From the NCBI GenBank assembly GCA_017610205.1, contig JAFCCL010000004.1, forward strand, positions 58,220 through 122,219: 64,000 nucleotides of DNA, in the 5' to 3' direction. Below, in pieces: positions 1-8,774 of this stretch (the stretch's first letter is position 1; every line of letters starts with the position of its first letter). This stretch comes from Candidatus Iainarchaeum sp. (GTDB lineage Archaea > Iainarchaeota > Iainarchaeia > Iainarchaeales > GCA-2688035). The translations under genes and the position numbers were made by a program. The notes under the pieces are model-generated. The model was not told where the DNA came from and searched no databases. It saw nothing but the letters and a program-made list of their open reading frames with translations.

Positions 1-2195
1 TGCGGGAGGCCGTTGAGGTCTAGGGAAATTGTTTTTCCATCTGTTTTAAATGAAAGAATATTTGGGCTAAAGGCAGTAACTGTTGCTGTATTTTTGTCAA
101 AGGGAAGTTGTATTGTAAGAGGCCCTGTAATTGAATATGGAAAAGTGTTGTCAAGCTCTATTTCAATGTCTTGGTTTGTTTCAATAATTGAAGCATTTTC
201 CTGCACAAAGGAATGAATTGCTGTGTTAAGTGTTTCTTCAAGCAATGCAAGAAATTCTGAAAGGCTTTGTTTAAGGTCAGGAAGAAGCGGCAGGGATTTT
301 TCAAAAATAAGGTTTTGGTTTGAAAAAAAGCTTTTAAAATAGGCTTTTTGCGATTCAATGTTTTTCATTTTTGTTTTGGAAACAAGGTCTTTAGATTCGG
401 CAATTTCTAGAGCTGAAAGCATTTGATTGGCTTGAAAAAATTGGCTTTCAATTTCTATTATAGCAGGCTGGTTTTGAAGAAATGTCCTAAGGTCGGTTTC
501 AAGTGCAGTGCAGATTCTTTTAACGGCTTCAAGGTTGGAGTAAGGCTGTTCAATATTTTTAAGTTGAAGAAACCTTAGGTTAAAATCGTCAAAGGAAATT
601 CCGCTTGCTTTGCTGCTTTCAAGGCTTTTGTTGATAAACGAAAGGCATTCTTCAAGTGCTGTTTCTTCAAGCAATTGGTATTCTTTAAAGTTTTGCAATG
701 CCAGAGAAAATCTTGAAAATTCGTCAACCATTTCAGCGCATTGAAAAAGCTTTTGTTCATTTTCTTTGGCTTGCCTAAACAAAGAAAGCTTAAATTTGGC
801 TCTTGCTTTTAGGTCTGATGCTGTTGAAATATAATCAGTTGGAAGTGAAGCCTGTTCAAGCTCTTGTTCAATAAAACCTGCTCTTTCGTTGCAAAGTACA
901 AGCAGTCCGCCTAGAACCTCATTTCTCAGGTATTCTGAATTTTCTTTAAGAAAGGAAAGGTCTGAGTTTAATTGTTTTAAGGATTCTGCCTTTTTGCCAA
1001 GACTTAGGTTGTTCAAGGAATCCTGCTGCCGGAGCAAGGCAAGCTCCTGTTTTAGTTCAGAAAGTTTTGCACTGGATTCTTCCCTTAGTTCGCCAAAGTC
1101 TCTGATACCATACTTTTGTGACGAAGCAATGCTTTCCTGATTCAAACCAGAGTAGAGTTTTTGGAAAAATTCACTGTCAAAGCCCGAATATTTTTCTGAA
1201 AGCAGGGCATTGATTTCTTTCTCGGTTTCAAGAATTGCCTTTGAAGCGCTTGCTTCAAGTTCTGCATTCCTTTGCATTAATTGCTTTCTGTGCAATGCAT
1301 TCTGTTCAATTAAAACAGAAAATTTGGCAAGGCAGGTGTTGTCTGTTCCCATAAAGTTGCTGTAAATTTGGATAAATTGAAATGCAGGAACCTTTTCAAG
1401 TTCACCAACGGCATTTTCTGCAGTTGAAAGATTTGCAAGGTATGACACAAAGGATGGAAGCAGTGGGTCAATAAATGGAATGCCAAATTCGCTGTTGAAA
1501 TATTTTGCAATTAATGAAGAAGGTTGGCTTAAAATTGAAAAAATATTTGATTCGCTTACAATGCTTTGACCAAAACCTGTTGAATTTGTAAGAGAGACAA
1601 AGCTTGATGTTTGAGTTAAGTAAAAACAAGAATAGCTTTCATTGCTTTGGCAGGTTTCAGGGCTGGAAAGCTGGCTTATGTTTAATGAAAGCAGTGCAAA
1701 ATCGTTAAACAATGGCTCTTCTTTTGCAAGATTTAAGTCCTCTTTTTCAAGATCTTCGTGTTCCAAAAACATGATTGCAAAACTTTCCCTGTTTGCCAAG
1801 TCACTGAATTCAAAGGCCTTTGACATATTGTGAGTTAACTCATTCAACTGAAAAATAAGACCTGAAAGACTTTTGTTTTTGCTGCAAATGCTATGAATGG
1901 CTGAAATGTTTTCTCTTGCCTTGTTGAAGTAAAGCCAGCTTAATGAGGCATTGTTTTTGTAACTGTAAAGCCTGTTTCTTACTTCGCTGCTGAAAACGCT
2001 TTGGTCAAAAGAAAAAAAGTTTGCTTCAAGTTTGGAAAAGCATTCCTTTTCATTATCGCATTCCGGAACAAACGCATAGCTTTTTTCAGTTAAGTCAAGG
2101 CAGTAAAACCTTTGCTCAGGGCTTAATGAATCAATGCAGCCGCTTAATGCAAGCAAAAGAGCAATTGCAAGCAAGGGCAGTATTTGCTTTAGCAT
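1..2195 (-). CDS. Large predicted lipoprotein, helical/coiled-coil rich (partial, runs off left edge)
   Basis: Not in the ORF track. Manual translation from ATG at 2195 gives MLKQILPLLAIALLLALSGC (hydrophobic signal plus lipobox LSGC), and the frame reads open toward the window edge. Confidence 0.75.
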   Translation of the reverse strand, partial: MLKQILPLLAIALLLALSGCIDSLSPEQRFYCLDLTEKSYAFVPECDNEKECFSKLEANFFSFDQSVFSSEVRNRLYSYKNNASLSWLYFNKARENISAIHSICSKNKSLSGLIFQLNELTHNMSKAFEFSDLANRESFAIMFLEHEDLEKEDLNLAKEEPLFNDFALLSLNISQLSSPETCQSNESYSCFYLTQTSSFVSLTNSTGFGQSIVSESNIFSILSQPSSLIAKYFNSEFGIPFIDPLLPSFVSYLANLSTAENAVGELEKVPAFQFIQIYSNFMGTDNTCLAKFSVLIEQNALHRKQLMQRNAELEASASKAILETEKEINALLSEKYSGFDSEFFQKLYSGLNQESIASSQKYGIRDFGELREESSAKLSELKQELALLRQQDSLNNLSLGKKAESLKQLNSDLSFLKENSEYLRNEVLGGLLVLCNERAGFIEQELEQASLPTDYISTASDLKARAKFKLSLFRQAKENEQKLFQCAEMVDEFSRFSLALQNFKEYQLLEETALEECLSFINKSLESSKASGISFDDFNLRFLQLKNIEQPYSNLEAVKRICTALETDLRTFLQNQPAIIEIESQFFQANQMLSALEIAESKDLVSKTKMKNIESQKAYFKSFFSNQNLIFEKSLPLLPDLKQSLSEFLALLEETLNTAIHSFVQENASIIETNQDIEIELDNTFPYSITGPLTIQLPFDKNTATVTAFSPNILSFKTDGKTISLDLNGLP

Positions 2196-2261
2196 AAAGA
2201 AAACTGCTTCCTGCAAAGCTTTTAAAACAAGCAAAAAATTCGGCAAAAAACGAAGGATGAA

Positions 2262-3437
2262 CTATCCCCGGCTATTGTAGGGGGTTTCCTGTTTCATCGG
2301 CAATACTTGCTTCGGGCTTATGCCGTCAGTAGAGGTTTCATCTCCAACAGGCGTTGATTTGGGTTGTTCCAACCCTATCCCAGTTATGAGTATATTTTGT
2401 GCAGCGTTTATATCTCGGTCTATTTCTAGACTACAATGATGACATTTGTGTATTCTCATTGTTAATGTTTTTCTAACAATCTCTCCACATCCACTGCATT
2501 TTTGACTTGTGTTTTTTGGATTCATTTTCACTATTTTTCCTCCAGCACTTTCAGCCTTGAAAAAAAGTTTGCTTGTGAAATCACTCCAAGAAACATCTGT
2601 TATTTCTCTTGCAAGATAATGATTTTTTAACATTCCTTTTACATTCAAATTCTCAATATATATTGTTCCATATTTTTCAATAAGTTTTCTGCATAGTTTC
2701 CAGCCAAAATCGTTTCTGGTGTTTGCTATTTGTTCGTCCATTATTGCTAACTTGACTCTCGCTTTGTTTCGGTTGTTGCTTTTTTTCTTTGTTTTGCTAA
2801 ACTTTTTTGCCAGAACCTTTCTTTTTTCTGACATTTTCCCAAGTGGCTTTGGATGATCAAAAAATTCACTATTGCTTGTGGTGATAAAATGATTTAAACC
2901 AAAATCTATACCAACTTCACCATTTCCAACCGTTATTTTTTCTTTAGGCATATTATCACAAAAAATCGTAACAAAGTATTTTCCGCTTTTCGCTTTCTTG
3001 ATTGTCATTATTTTTGGGGTTCCTTGTAGTACTCTGTGGTATTTTATGTTCAGCCAACCAATTTTTGGGAAACGAGTTTTCTTACCTATGTTCTTTGGTT
3101 TGGTTATTTGCGGAAGTGTGATGCTGTTATAAGTTCCATATTTTTTAAATCTTGGAAAGCCCTTTTTTCTTTCATCTCTCTTGATTCTTGCAAAAAAGTT
3201 TTTGTATGCTTTGTCAATCCTATCAGCCACATTCTGGCTGACTTGTGAGTACATTTCTTTGTTTCCCTTTACTCGTCTATATAGGTCTTTTCTTGATAGT
3301 CTAACACTCTTATTTTTATAAGCATCTTTTTTCAGGGCAAGAAGTTTGTTATACAATAATCTGCATTTTTCTATTTGCAAGTCTATTTCACTTGCCTGTT
3401 TTTTTGTTGGATAAACTCTATATTTATAGGTTTTCAT
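2262..3437 (-). CDS. tnpB: RNA-guided endonuclease TnpB
   Basis: N-terminal KTYKYRVYPT, GFPRFKK, RuvC motifs GIDFG / IENLN / DRDINAA, and Zn finger CSGC...CHHC. The catalytic D-E-D triad is intact. Confidence 0.95.
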   Translation of the reverse strand: MKTYKYRVYPTKKQASEIDLQIEKCRLLYNKLLALKKDAYKNKSVRLSRKDLYRRVKGNKEMYSQVSQNVADRIDKAYKNFFARIKRDERKKGFPRFKKYGTYNSITLPQITKPKNIGKKTRFPKIGWLNIKYHRVLQGTPKIMTIKKAKSGKYFVTIFCDNMPKEKITVGNGEVGIDFGLNHFITTSNSEFFDHPKPLGKMSEKRKVLAKKFSKTKKKSNNRNKARVKLAIMDEQIANTRNDFGWKLCRKLIEKYGTIYIENLNVKGMLKNHYLAREITDVSWSDFTSKLFFKAESAGGKIVKMNPKNTSQKCSGCGEIVRKTLTMRIHKCHHCSLEIDRDINAAQNILITGIGLEQPKSTPVGDETSTDGISPKQVLPMKQETPYNSRG

Positions 3438-3517
3438 TTTTCTTAACTCCTCGGAAATTTGAGAACTATTACAATTTTACTATTTTTTCTTTTTAAAGGC
3501 ACTGAAAGAGAGTGGAC

Positions 3518-3551
3518 TTCCGGTAAAAATTACTCCACAGAAATTTCCACT
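3518..3551 (-). promoter_or_regulatory. Candidate regulatory motif upstream of tnpB, shared with the LAGLIDADG gene
   Basis: 25 of 34 ungapped identities with 5827-5860. Both copies lie ~21-23 bp upstream of a TTTAAA/TTAAAG TATA-like box. Confidence 0.4.
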
Positions 3552-3692
3552 GAAGCTAGGTTCGCTTTCATCTAACTGCTAAAGCGGTTGATTTTCTTGC
3601 TCACACGATAAACATATCACATTTTAGCCTGCCTCTTAGAAGAAAAGTTCTCAGCGGAAAAGTTAAAAAAACTTGGAATACTAATTATTTTT

Positions 3693-4316
3693 ATGGGAGA
3701 AAAACTTTCCTTAAAACAGGGCGAAAAACTTACAAGGGTTGCAAGAAAAAGCATAGACTATTCACTTGCTTCAGGACTCAGACTTGCAGAAGCATGCGAC
3801 GACAAACAGCTTTTGGAGCAAAGAGGCGTTTTTGTTACATTGCATTCTTTTCCAGGAAAAGAACTCAGGGGATGCATTGGATTTCCTTACCCTGTAAAGC
3901 CTTTGTGGAACGCTGTTTTGGAAATGGCTGTTGAAGCCGCAATTCACGACCCAAGATTTTCGCCAATGACCTCGGACGAAATGAAAAATACTATTGTTGA
4001 AATAAGTGTTTTAACAAAACCTGAAGAAATTTTGTGCGAAAGGAAAAAGCTTCCGAAATTTGTCAAAATTGGCGAAGATGGATTGATTGCCCAAAGGGGA
4101 GGGCATTCCGGCCTTTTGCTTCCAATTGTGGGAGCTGAATTTAAATGGGATGCTGAAAATTTTTTGAAACAAACGTGCCGTAAAGCAGGGTTGCCTGAAA
4201 CTGCTTGGAGGATGACAGACACACAGGTGTTCAAGTTTCAAGCCCAAGTATTTTGCGAGGAAACACCAGGCAGAGATATTAGGGAGATAAACTTGCAAGA
4301 ATTATTAAATAAATAG
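3693..4316 (+). CDS. AMMECR1-domain protein (AmmeMemoRadiSam protein A / TIGR00296-like)
   Basis: Motifs RGVFVTL, LRGCIG, DPRF, EISVLT and GLLLP. Confidence 0.93.
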   Translation: MGEKLSLKQGEKLTRVARKSIDYSLASGLRLAEACDDKQLLEQRGVFVTLHSFPGKELRGCIGFPYPVKPLWNAVLEMAVEAAIHDPRFSPMTSDEMKNTIVEISVLTKPEEILCERKKLPKFVKIGEDGLIAQRGGHSGLLLPIVGAEFKWDAENFLKQTCRKAGLPETAWRMTDTQVFKFQAQVFCEETPGRDIREINLQELLNK

Positions 4317-4343
4317 ATTTCTTTTCTTTTTACAAGAACACTT

Positions 4344-5777
4344 TTAATCCATTGCGGCCTTAGCTGCCCTTATGCCACTCTTTTTGATTAAACGCTCTAG
4401 AGATTTGTACGGCGCACTATAATTGCCTGACAACCAATTCCACAAGGTGCTTTTGCTCATTCCACAGCAAAAGCAAGCATTTTTGAGAGAGGCGTACCTG
4501 TCAATTAAATGATTTGAAATTTGTTTACAGCCCAGTTCACTTAATTCAATAAAAATGCCGCCCTTAGAACCAAATCGGATTGTTTTTAATTGACTTGCAT
4601 TGACAGAGTCTAAAATTTTAATTAGACCTATTCTTACAAGAAAGTCTTTGTAGGGCAAAAGACTTTGAACAGAGTTTATGCGTGGAGACAGACTTTTTAA
4701 TAGAATTGGAAAATCGAACAGGGTTAATTCTTTACAGACCAGATTCAATTCACTTAAAGATACTTTAGCTTTTGGAAATAAATCATTGTAGGTTTGCAGG
4801 GGATTTTTTACTGTTAAACTGCCTTTGAAAAATTCTAGTCGTCTGTGCTTTGGGGTATCAACTTCAAGATAATTTAACATATTAGAGTTAAACCTTGTTT
4901 TAGTATTATTAACCCTTAAGATGTGTTTGCTGTTAGAATAGACAATGTTGCTGTTAATACTGTCCTTTAGCAAAATTTCTTGAATGCTTTTTAGCAACTG
5001 AAAACTACGACACTCAAGAGTAACACAACCACTTAAGGATACACTTCCATCAAATGTTAAAACTCCGAGAGCAAAAACCCTACGAAAATCTTGACCCGCT
5101 TCTCTTATTATTTTTGGTTCTTTAACAATTCTTGTTTTCTTCCCAAAAGGAAAACCAAAGAAAACATGCAAATATCTTGCCATTATTTTGTTATATTTAT
5201 CTGCCTTAAACGCATTCTCTCGTTTAGATTTTTTAACCTCAATTTTTATGCCAAACTCCTCTTTCAACCAATCAGCCCATTTCTTTACTGATTCCCTGCT
5301 TGAATCTATTAAACGAAGCCCATAGTCAGGGCTAAGCGAACCATCTGCTGCGTGAGCACCAGCAATTTTGCAAAGAGTTAGCGTCAAAAATTTTGGTGCT
5401 TTAACAGGTTTTGATTGTTGCTGCCCTACTTTTAAAAATTGTATTCCTTTAATAATTCTCCACTTTTTATTTTTGAAATCTCTTTCATTAACAGTATACA
5501 AATCTTTCCATATATCCAATAACAAGCTTATAATTTTCAAGGAAACCCAAGGTCGCCCTTTGTTTATATTTATAAGATGCCTCTTTGAGGTACTAAAAGA
5601 ACAATTCAGAAGAGAACACAACAATTTTGCAAAATTGTTTTGATTGCGCTCCTGATAAAGACAATGAAGTAACTCCTTTATTTCTTTATTTAGAACTGGT
5701 CCTTTTGCTTTTATCCAAGATCCTTGCATATTTTTGTCAATATTGTCATCGTGTAATTTAAGTATATCAAAGCACAT
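4344..5777 (-). CDS. Free-standing double-motif LAGLIDADG endonuclease-like protein with C-terminal HTH
   Basis: Motifs KIAGAHAADGSL and FALGVLTFDGSV, GFPFGKKT, and an XRE-like HTH at the C-terminus (SKSTLWNWLSG). Confidence 0.75.
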   Translation of the reverse strand: MCFDILKLHDDNIDKNMQGSWIKAKGPVLNKEIKELLHCLYQERNQNNFAKLLCSLLNCSFSTSKRHLININKGRPWVSLKIISLLLDIWKDLYTVNERDFKNKKWRIIKGIQFLKVGQQQSKPVKAPKFLTLTLCKIAGAHAADGSLSPDYGLRLIDSSRESVKKWADWLKEEFGIKIEVKKSKRENAFKADKYNKIMARYLHVFFGFPFGKKTRIVKEPKIIREAGQDFRRVFALGVLTFDGSVSLSGCVTLECRSFQLLKSIQEILLKDSINSNIVYSNSKHILRVNNTKTRFNSNMLNYLEVDTPKHRRLEFFKGSLTVKNPLQTYNDLFPKAKVSLSELNLVCKELTLFDFPILLKSLSPRINSVQSLLPYKDFLVRIGLIKILDSVNASQLKTIRFGSKGGIFIELSELGCKQISNHLIDRYASLKNACFCCGMSKSTLWNWLSGNYSAPYKSLERLIKKSGIRAAKAAMD

Positions 5778-5826
5778 GCAACTATATCAGTTTTTACCTT
5801 TAAGTAATTTTGGAGAGACAACAGGT

Positions 5827-5860
5827 TTCCGGTGAAAAATACTTCACTAGTGTTTCCAGT
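5827..5860 (-). promoter_or_regulatory. Candidate regulatory motif upstream of the LAGLIDADG gene
   Basis: Second copy of the 3518-3551 motif (TTCCGGTRAAAAWTACTYCAC-N5-TTTCCAST on +). Confidence 0.4.
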
Positions 5861-5888
5861 AATTGTCAAATCCTCTAATAAATAGCAG

Positions 5889-6164
5889 CTAGCTTTCAAT
5901 ACATTGGGTTAATTGGAATTTACAGGCTTGAAGTACATTGCTGCATTCAACAAAACGGTCATCCAAGACATCCTTTTGAGTAAGGCACCTTGCATACTTT
6001 TCTTCAACTGTTTCACCATATATCGGTTCTACCACAAAGTGCTGAATGCCCATTCCAATAATTAAAAGGGAAAAAATTGCAACCAAGACAAGGACCTGCT
6101 TTTTTGAAAAGCCCTTTCGCTTTTTTTTCCTTCGCTTTGGAACATCTTCTTCTTCATCAGACAT
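5889..6164 (-). CDS. Small single-pass membrane protein with Cys-containing helical ectodomain
   Basis: Acidic/basic N-terminus, one TM helix and four spaced Cys. Start placed at MSDEEE. Confidence 0.7.
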   Translation of the reverse strand: MSDEEEDVPKRRKKKRKGFSKKQVLVLVAIFSLLIIGMGIQHFVVEPIYGETVEEKYARCLTQKDVLDDRFVECSNVLQACKFQLTQCIES

Positions 6165-6203
6165 AAAAAACCACAAAGTATAATGACAATTTTAGTATTT
6201 ATA

Positions 6204-6253
6204 CTTTTGCTGTTATCTTTTTAGGATTCTTTTGCTGTTATCTTTTTAGGATT
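6204..6253. repeat. Perfect 25-bp tandem duplication spanning the tyw1 stop codon
   Basis: CTTTTGCTGTTATCTTTTTAGGATT x2 (6204-6228 and 6229-6253). Confidence 0.9.
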
Positions 6254-7177
6254 TTTCTTTTTGCTTAAAAGAACAACCCTGCTTGGCTTGCTTTCAGCTA
6301 TTAGGTAATATCCCAAATGTTCATTGATTTTTTCAGCAAAGCTTTTGACTTCTTCATGCAAGGGCATGTTTTCAATGGCAAGGCGCTTTCTGCTGTATCC
6401 CACAAACATGTAACTTTTCACTTCCACAAAATCAGGAGAAGCCTTTTCAATAAGCTTTGCAAATTCGTTTTCGCGGGACATGTTCTTGCCTTTAATTGCA
6501 GTAATCCTGATTGCCTTTCTTGTATTCAATGAAGGCATTAGCTCAAGGCTTTGATTAAGCTTTTGCCAACTGTCTTTAACAAGCGGGACATTAATTGTCT
6601 TGTGCATTTCCTTGTTTGGAGCTTCAAGTGAAAGATAAAGCTGTGTAGGCAAATACATTTCCGCAAGAGTTTTTGGATGCATGCCATTGCTTACAAGAAA
6701 TGTTGAAAATTTCCTTAGGTCAAATTCTTCAATTAATTCTCCAATTTTTGTGTAAAGTGTAGGTTCACCGGCCAAAGAAATTGCAACCTGATTTGGGTTG
6801 TTTGCCTCCCAAAGCTTTTTTTCACCAATTTTTTCTCTGAATTCACCATAGCCACTTAACAGAATGCGTTGCTGTTTTATTGCCTCGTCAATTATTTCAT
6901 CTGGCTCGTCAAACTCTTTTGGAAACTTTACATACTTTGTTAAAGGTCGCCAGCAAAACTGGCAGTTTTGGTCACACCAGGAAACAGCCGGAGTCATTTG
7001 AAGGCAGCGGTGGCTTTGAATTCCGTAAAACTTTTGCTTGTAACAAACCTCACTCTTGTAAATTGAGGCTTTGGTCCAATGGCAAAGTTTTACTGCGCTA
7101 TGGCCAAAGAGCTTGTAGTGCTGCCTTGCAAGCATTTCAATTGTTTCTTTAGGCAAATAGTCTTCTGTACAATGCAT
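6221..7177 (-). CDS. tyw1: tRNA 4-demethylwyosine synthase (radical SAM)
   Basis: HSAVKLCHW, CYKQKFYGIQSHRCLQMTP, CxxxCxxC (CDQNCQFC), AISLAGEPTLY and FVEVKSYM. Confidence 0.95.
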   Translation of the reverse strand: MHCTEDYLPKETIEMLARQHYKLFGHSAVKLCHWTKASIYKSEVCYKQKFYGIQSHRCLQMTPAVSWCDQNCQFCWRPLTKYVKFPKEFDEPDEIIDEAIKQQRILLSGYGEFREKIGEKKLWEANNPNQVAISLAGEPTLYTKIGELIEEFDLRKFSTFLVSNGMHPKTLAEMYLPTQLYLSLEAPNKEMHKTINVPLVKDSWQKLNQSLELMPSLNTRKAIRITAIKGKNMSRENEFAKLIEKASPDFVEVKSYMFVGYSRKRLAIENMPLHEEVKSFAEKINEHLGYYLIAESKPSRVVLLSKKKNPKKITAKES

Positions 7178-7300
7178 AAAAAGAAGAAGGAAGGGAATTC
7201 TTTTAAAAAAAGGCTTTTATGTATAAGCAGAAAAAAGCAACATTTAAATAGAAGTTTGTCTTTTATTTGTACAAGTTGATTTATTAACGGGGGAAAAATA

Positions 7301-7579
7301 ATGTATAAGTACACAATCGCAAGGCAATTAGCAACAAAAAAGGTTATTACCAACAGAGGAGATGAGGTTGGAAAGCTTTCAGACCTTATGATAGACGAAG
7401 GAAGCGGCGAAATAGAGCATTTGCTGGTAGAACTTGACAGGGAAAGTAAATTCATAAAAAAGGCAGAAGGAAGGGACAGGATAATAAAAATCCCTTACAG
7501 CGCTGTAACTGCAGTAAGTGACGTATTTATAGTTGATGAGCGTGAGATAGAGACTGCTGAAGCCGCACCTGAAAAGTAA
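7301..7579 (+). CDS. PRC-barrel domain protein
   Basis: KKVITNRGDEVGKLSDLMID...G.I, and IPYSAVTAVSDVFIV. Confidence 0.85.
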   Translation: MYKYTIARQLATKKVITNRGDEVGKLSDLMIDEGSGEIEHLLVELDRESKFIKKAEGRDRIIKIPYSAVTAVSDVFIVDEREIETAEAAPEK

Positions 7580-7611
7580 ATTTGAAAAGCTTTTTTTAGT
7601 CTTTTTTCTAA

Positions 7612-8727
7612 TTATTCTAATGATACAACTACTTTACCCTGTTTTAGGTTAAAACTTTTAAGAAAAGGAAACTCATTTTTTATCTTATACATAATCTCTT
7701 TTTCCCAGTTTTTTTCCTTTTTTGCAGAATTAAGAGATTGAATAAGTGGAAAAAGCCTGGAGTAGTTTGCATAAATTAGCTTGGCTTTTTTTGCGTTTAA
7801 CTCAATCTTTGAAAGAAAGGTTTCCAAAGCCTCTTTTTGCTGCTGGATGCTGTAATCCAGCTCTGCTTTTTTCTTTGAAACTGCATTTCTTTCATCTGCG
7901 CCTTTTGCTTCAGAAAACTGTTTTCCGTATGCCAAATCTATTGCCTCATTTAGAGAATTGAAGGATTCAAGTTTTGGAAGGCAGTTAAGTTCAAATGGAA
8001 GCAGTATTTCAGAACCGGCTTTTTCAGCAGTTGACACAGCCTCTTTTTTCAGGTCAACAGAGTAAAGTTCTTTTATTGCTGAAACAAGCTTTGCAATTTC
8101 TTTTTCAGTAATTTCTTTGGCTTGTTTTTCCTTTCCAACTGAGGCTTTAAGGCAGGCTTCTTCTGCAAATGAAGGAGCAATGTTTATGTCTTTTACAAGG
8201 GTTCTTACAAGGTCTGAATTGCTTTTCTTTAAAATGTTCTCCAAAGATTTGCTGTCAAGACCTGCAGGGCTTATTCCTTTTGACGAAGGAAATTTGTAGT
8301 CTTCTCCTTTTTTAAGAATTCTGTCCTTCCACCGCTCTTTTCTAAAAGCGGAAAGAATTATTTTTTTCTCATCAAGCAAAACTATATTTCCTTTTGCAAA
8401 AAGTTCAAAAATCAGGAAAAAACCCTCCAATTCTATTACAATAATTCTGTCAAAGCCATGCTGTTTGAAGGAAATAATTTTTTTGTTTGAAAGCCTTTTT
8501 CGAAGAAACGCCCCGTAACCTGACGTTGTCTGCCTTGCAGGCATGGAAAAGAATGTAAGAAACAATGCATCAGGCGCTGCTATCAAGTCCTTTGTGCCCT
8601 GCCTTGTCTGCAGCTTGAATTTTAGCCAGCCATTGTCAAGCTCTTGTACCCTGCGCACAATACAGCCGTCAATTAGGGGGCTTAATTCTGCCACAATATA
8701 CGCCAAAGAAATGTTTGGAATGTGCAT
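7612..8727 (-). CDS. Rqc2/NFACT family protein, N-terminal NFACT-N/HhH/coiled-coil part only
   Basis: FLRKRL, QHGFDRII, LIFELFAKGNIVLLD, W.DR.L..G..Y.FP and SLNEAID. No C-terminal NFACT-R domain is apparent. Confidence 0.85.
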   Translation of the reverse strand: MHIPNISLAYIVAELSPLIDGCIVRRVQELDNGWLKFKLQTRQGTKDLIAAPDALFLTFFSMPARQTTSGYGAFLRKRLSNKKIISFKQHGFDRIIVIELEGFFLIFELFAKGNIVLLDEKKIILSAFRKERWKDRILKKGEDYKFPSSKGISPAGLDSKSLENILKKSNSDLVRTLVKDINIAPSFAEEACLKASVGKEKQAKEITEKEIAKLVSAIKELYSVDLKKEAVSTAEKAGSEILLPFELNCLPKLESFNSLNEAIDLAYGKQFSEAKGADERNAVSKKKAELDYSIQQQKEALETFLSKIELNAKKAKLIYANYSRLFPLIQSLNSAKKEKNWEKEIMYKIKNEFPFLKSFNLKQGKVVVSLE

Positions 8728-8774
8728 TTAAACCAAAGTAAATTAAGACATAAATGGTTTAAAATTGTGTGATT

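Larger units (their letters stand above)
2257..3607 (-). mobile_element. IS200/IS605-family element carrying tnpB only (IS1341-like)
   Basis: tnpB is flanked by a left-end hairpin (AACCGCT-TT-AGCAGTT on the - strand, 3574-3589) and a right end ...CCCCCTACAATAGCCGGGGATAGTTCA(T). Putative TAM TTTAT at 3608-3612. Boundaries are approximate. Confidence 0.7.

Noticed and set aside
13-1833. Short ORFs listed in the first 2 kb
   Set aside because: They are shadows of the long minus-strand lipoprotein ORF starting at 2195.
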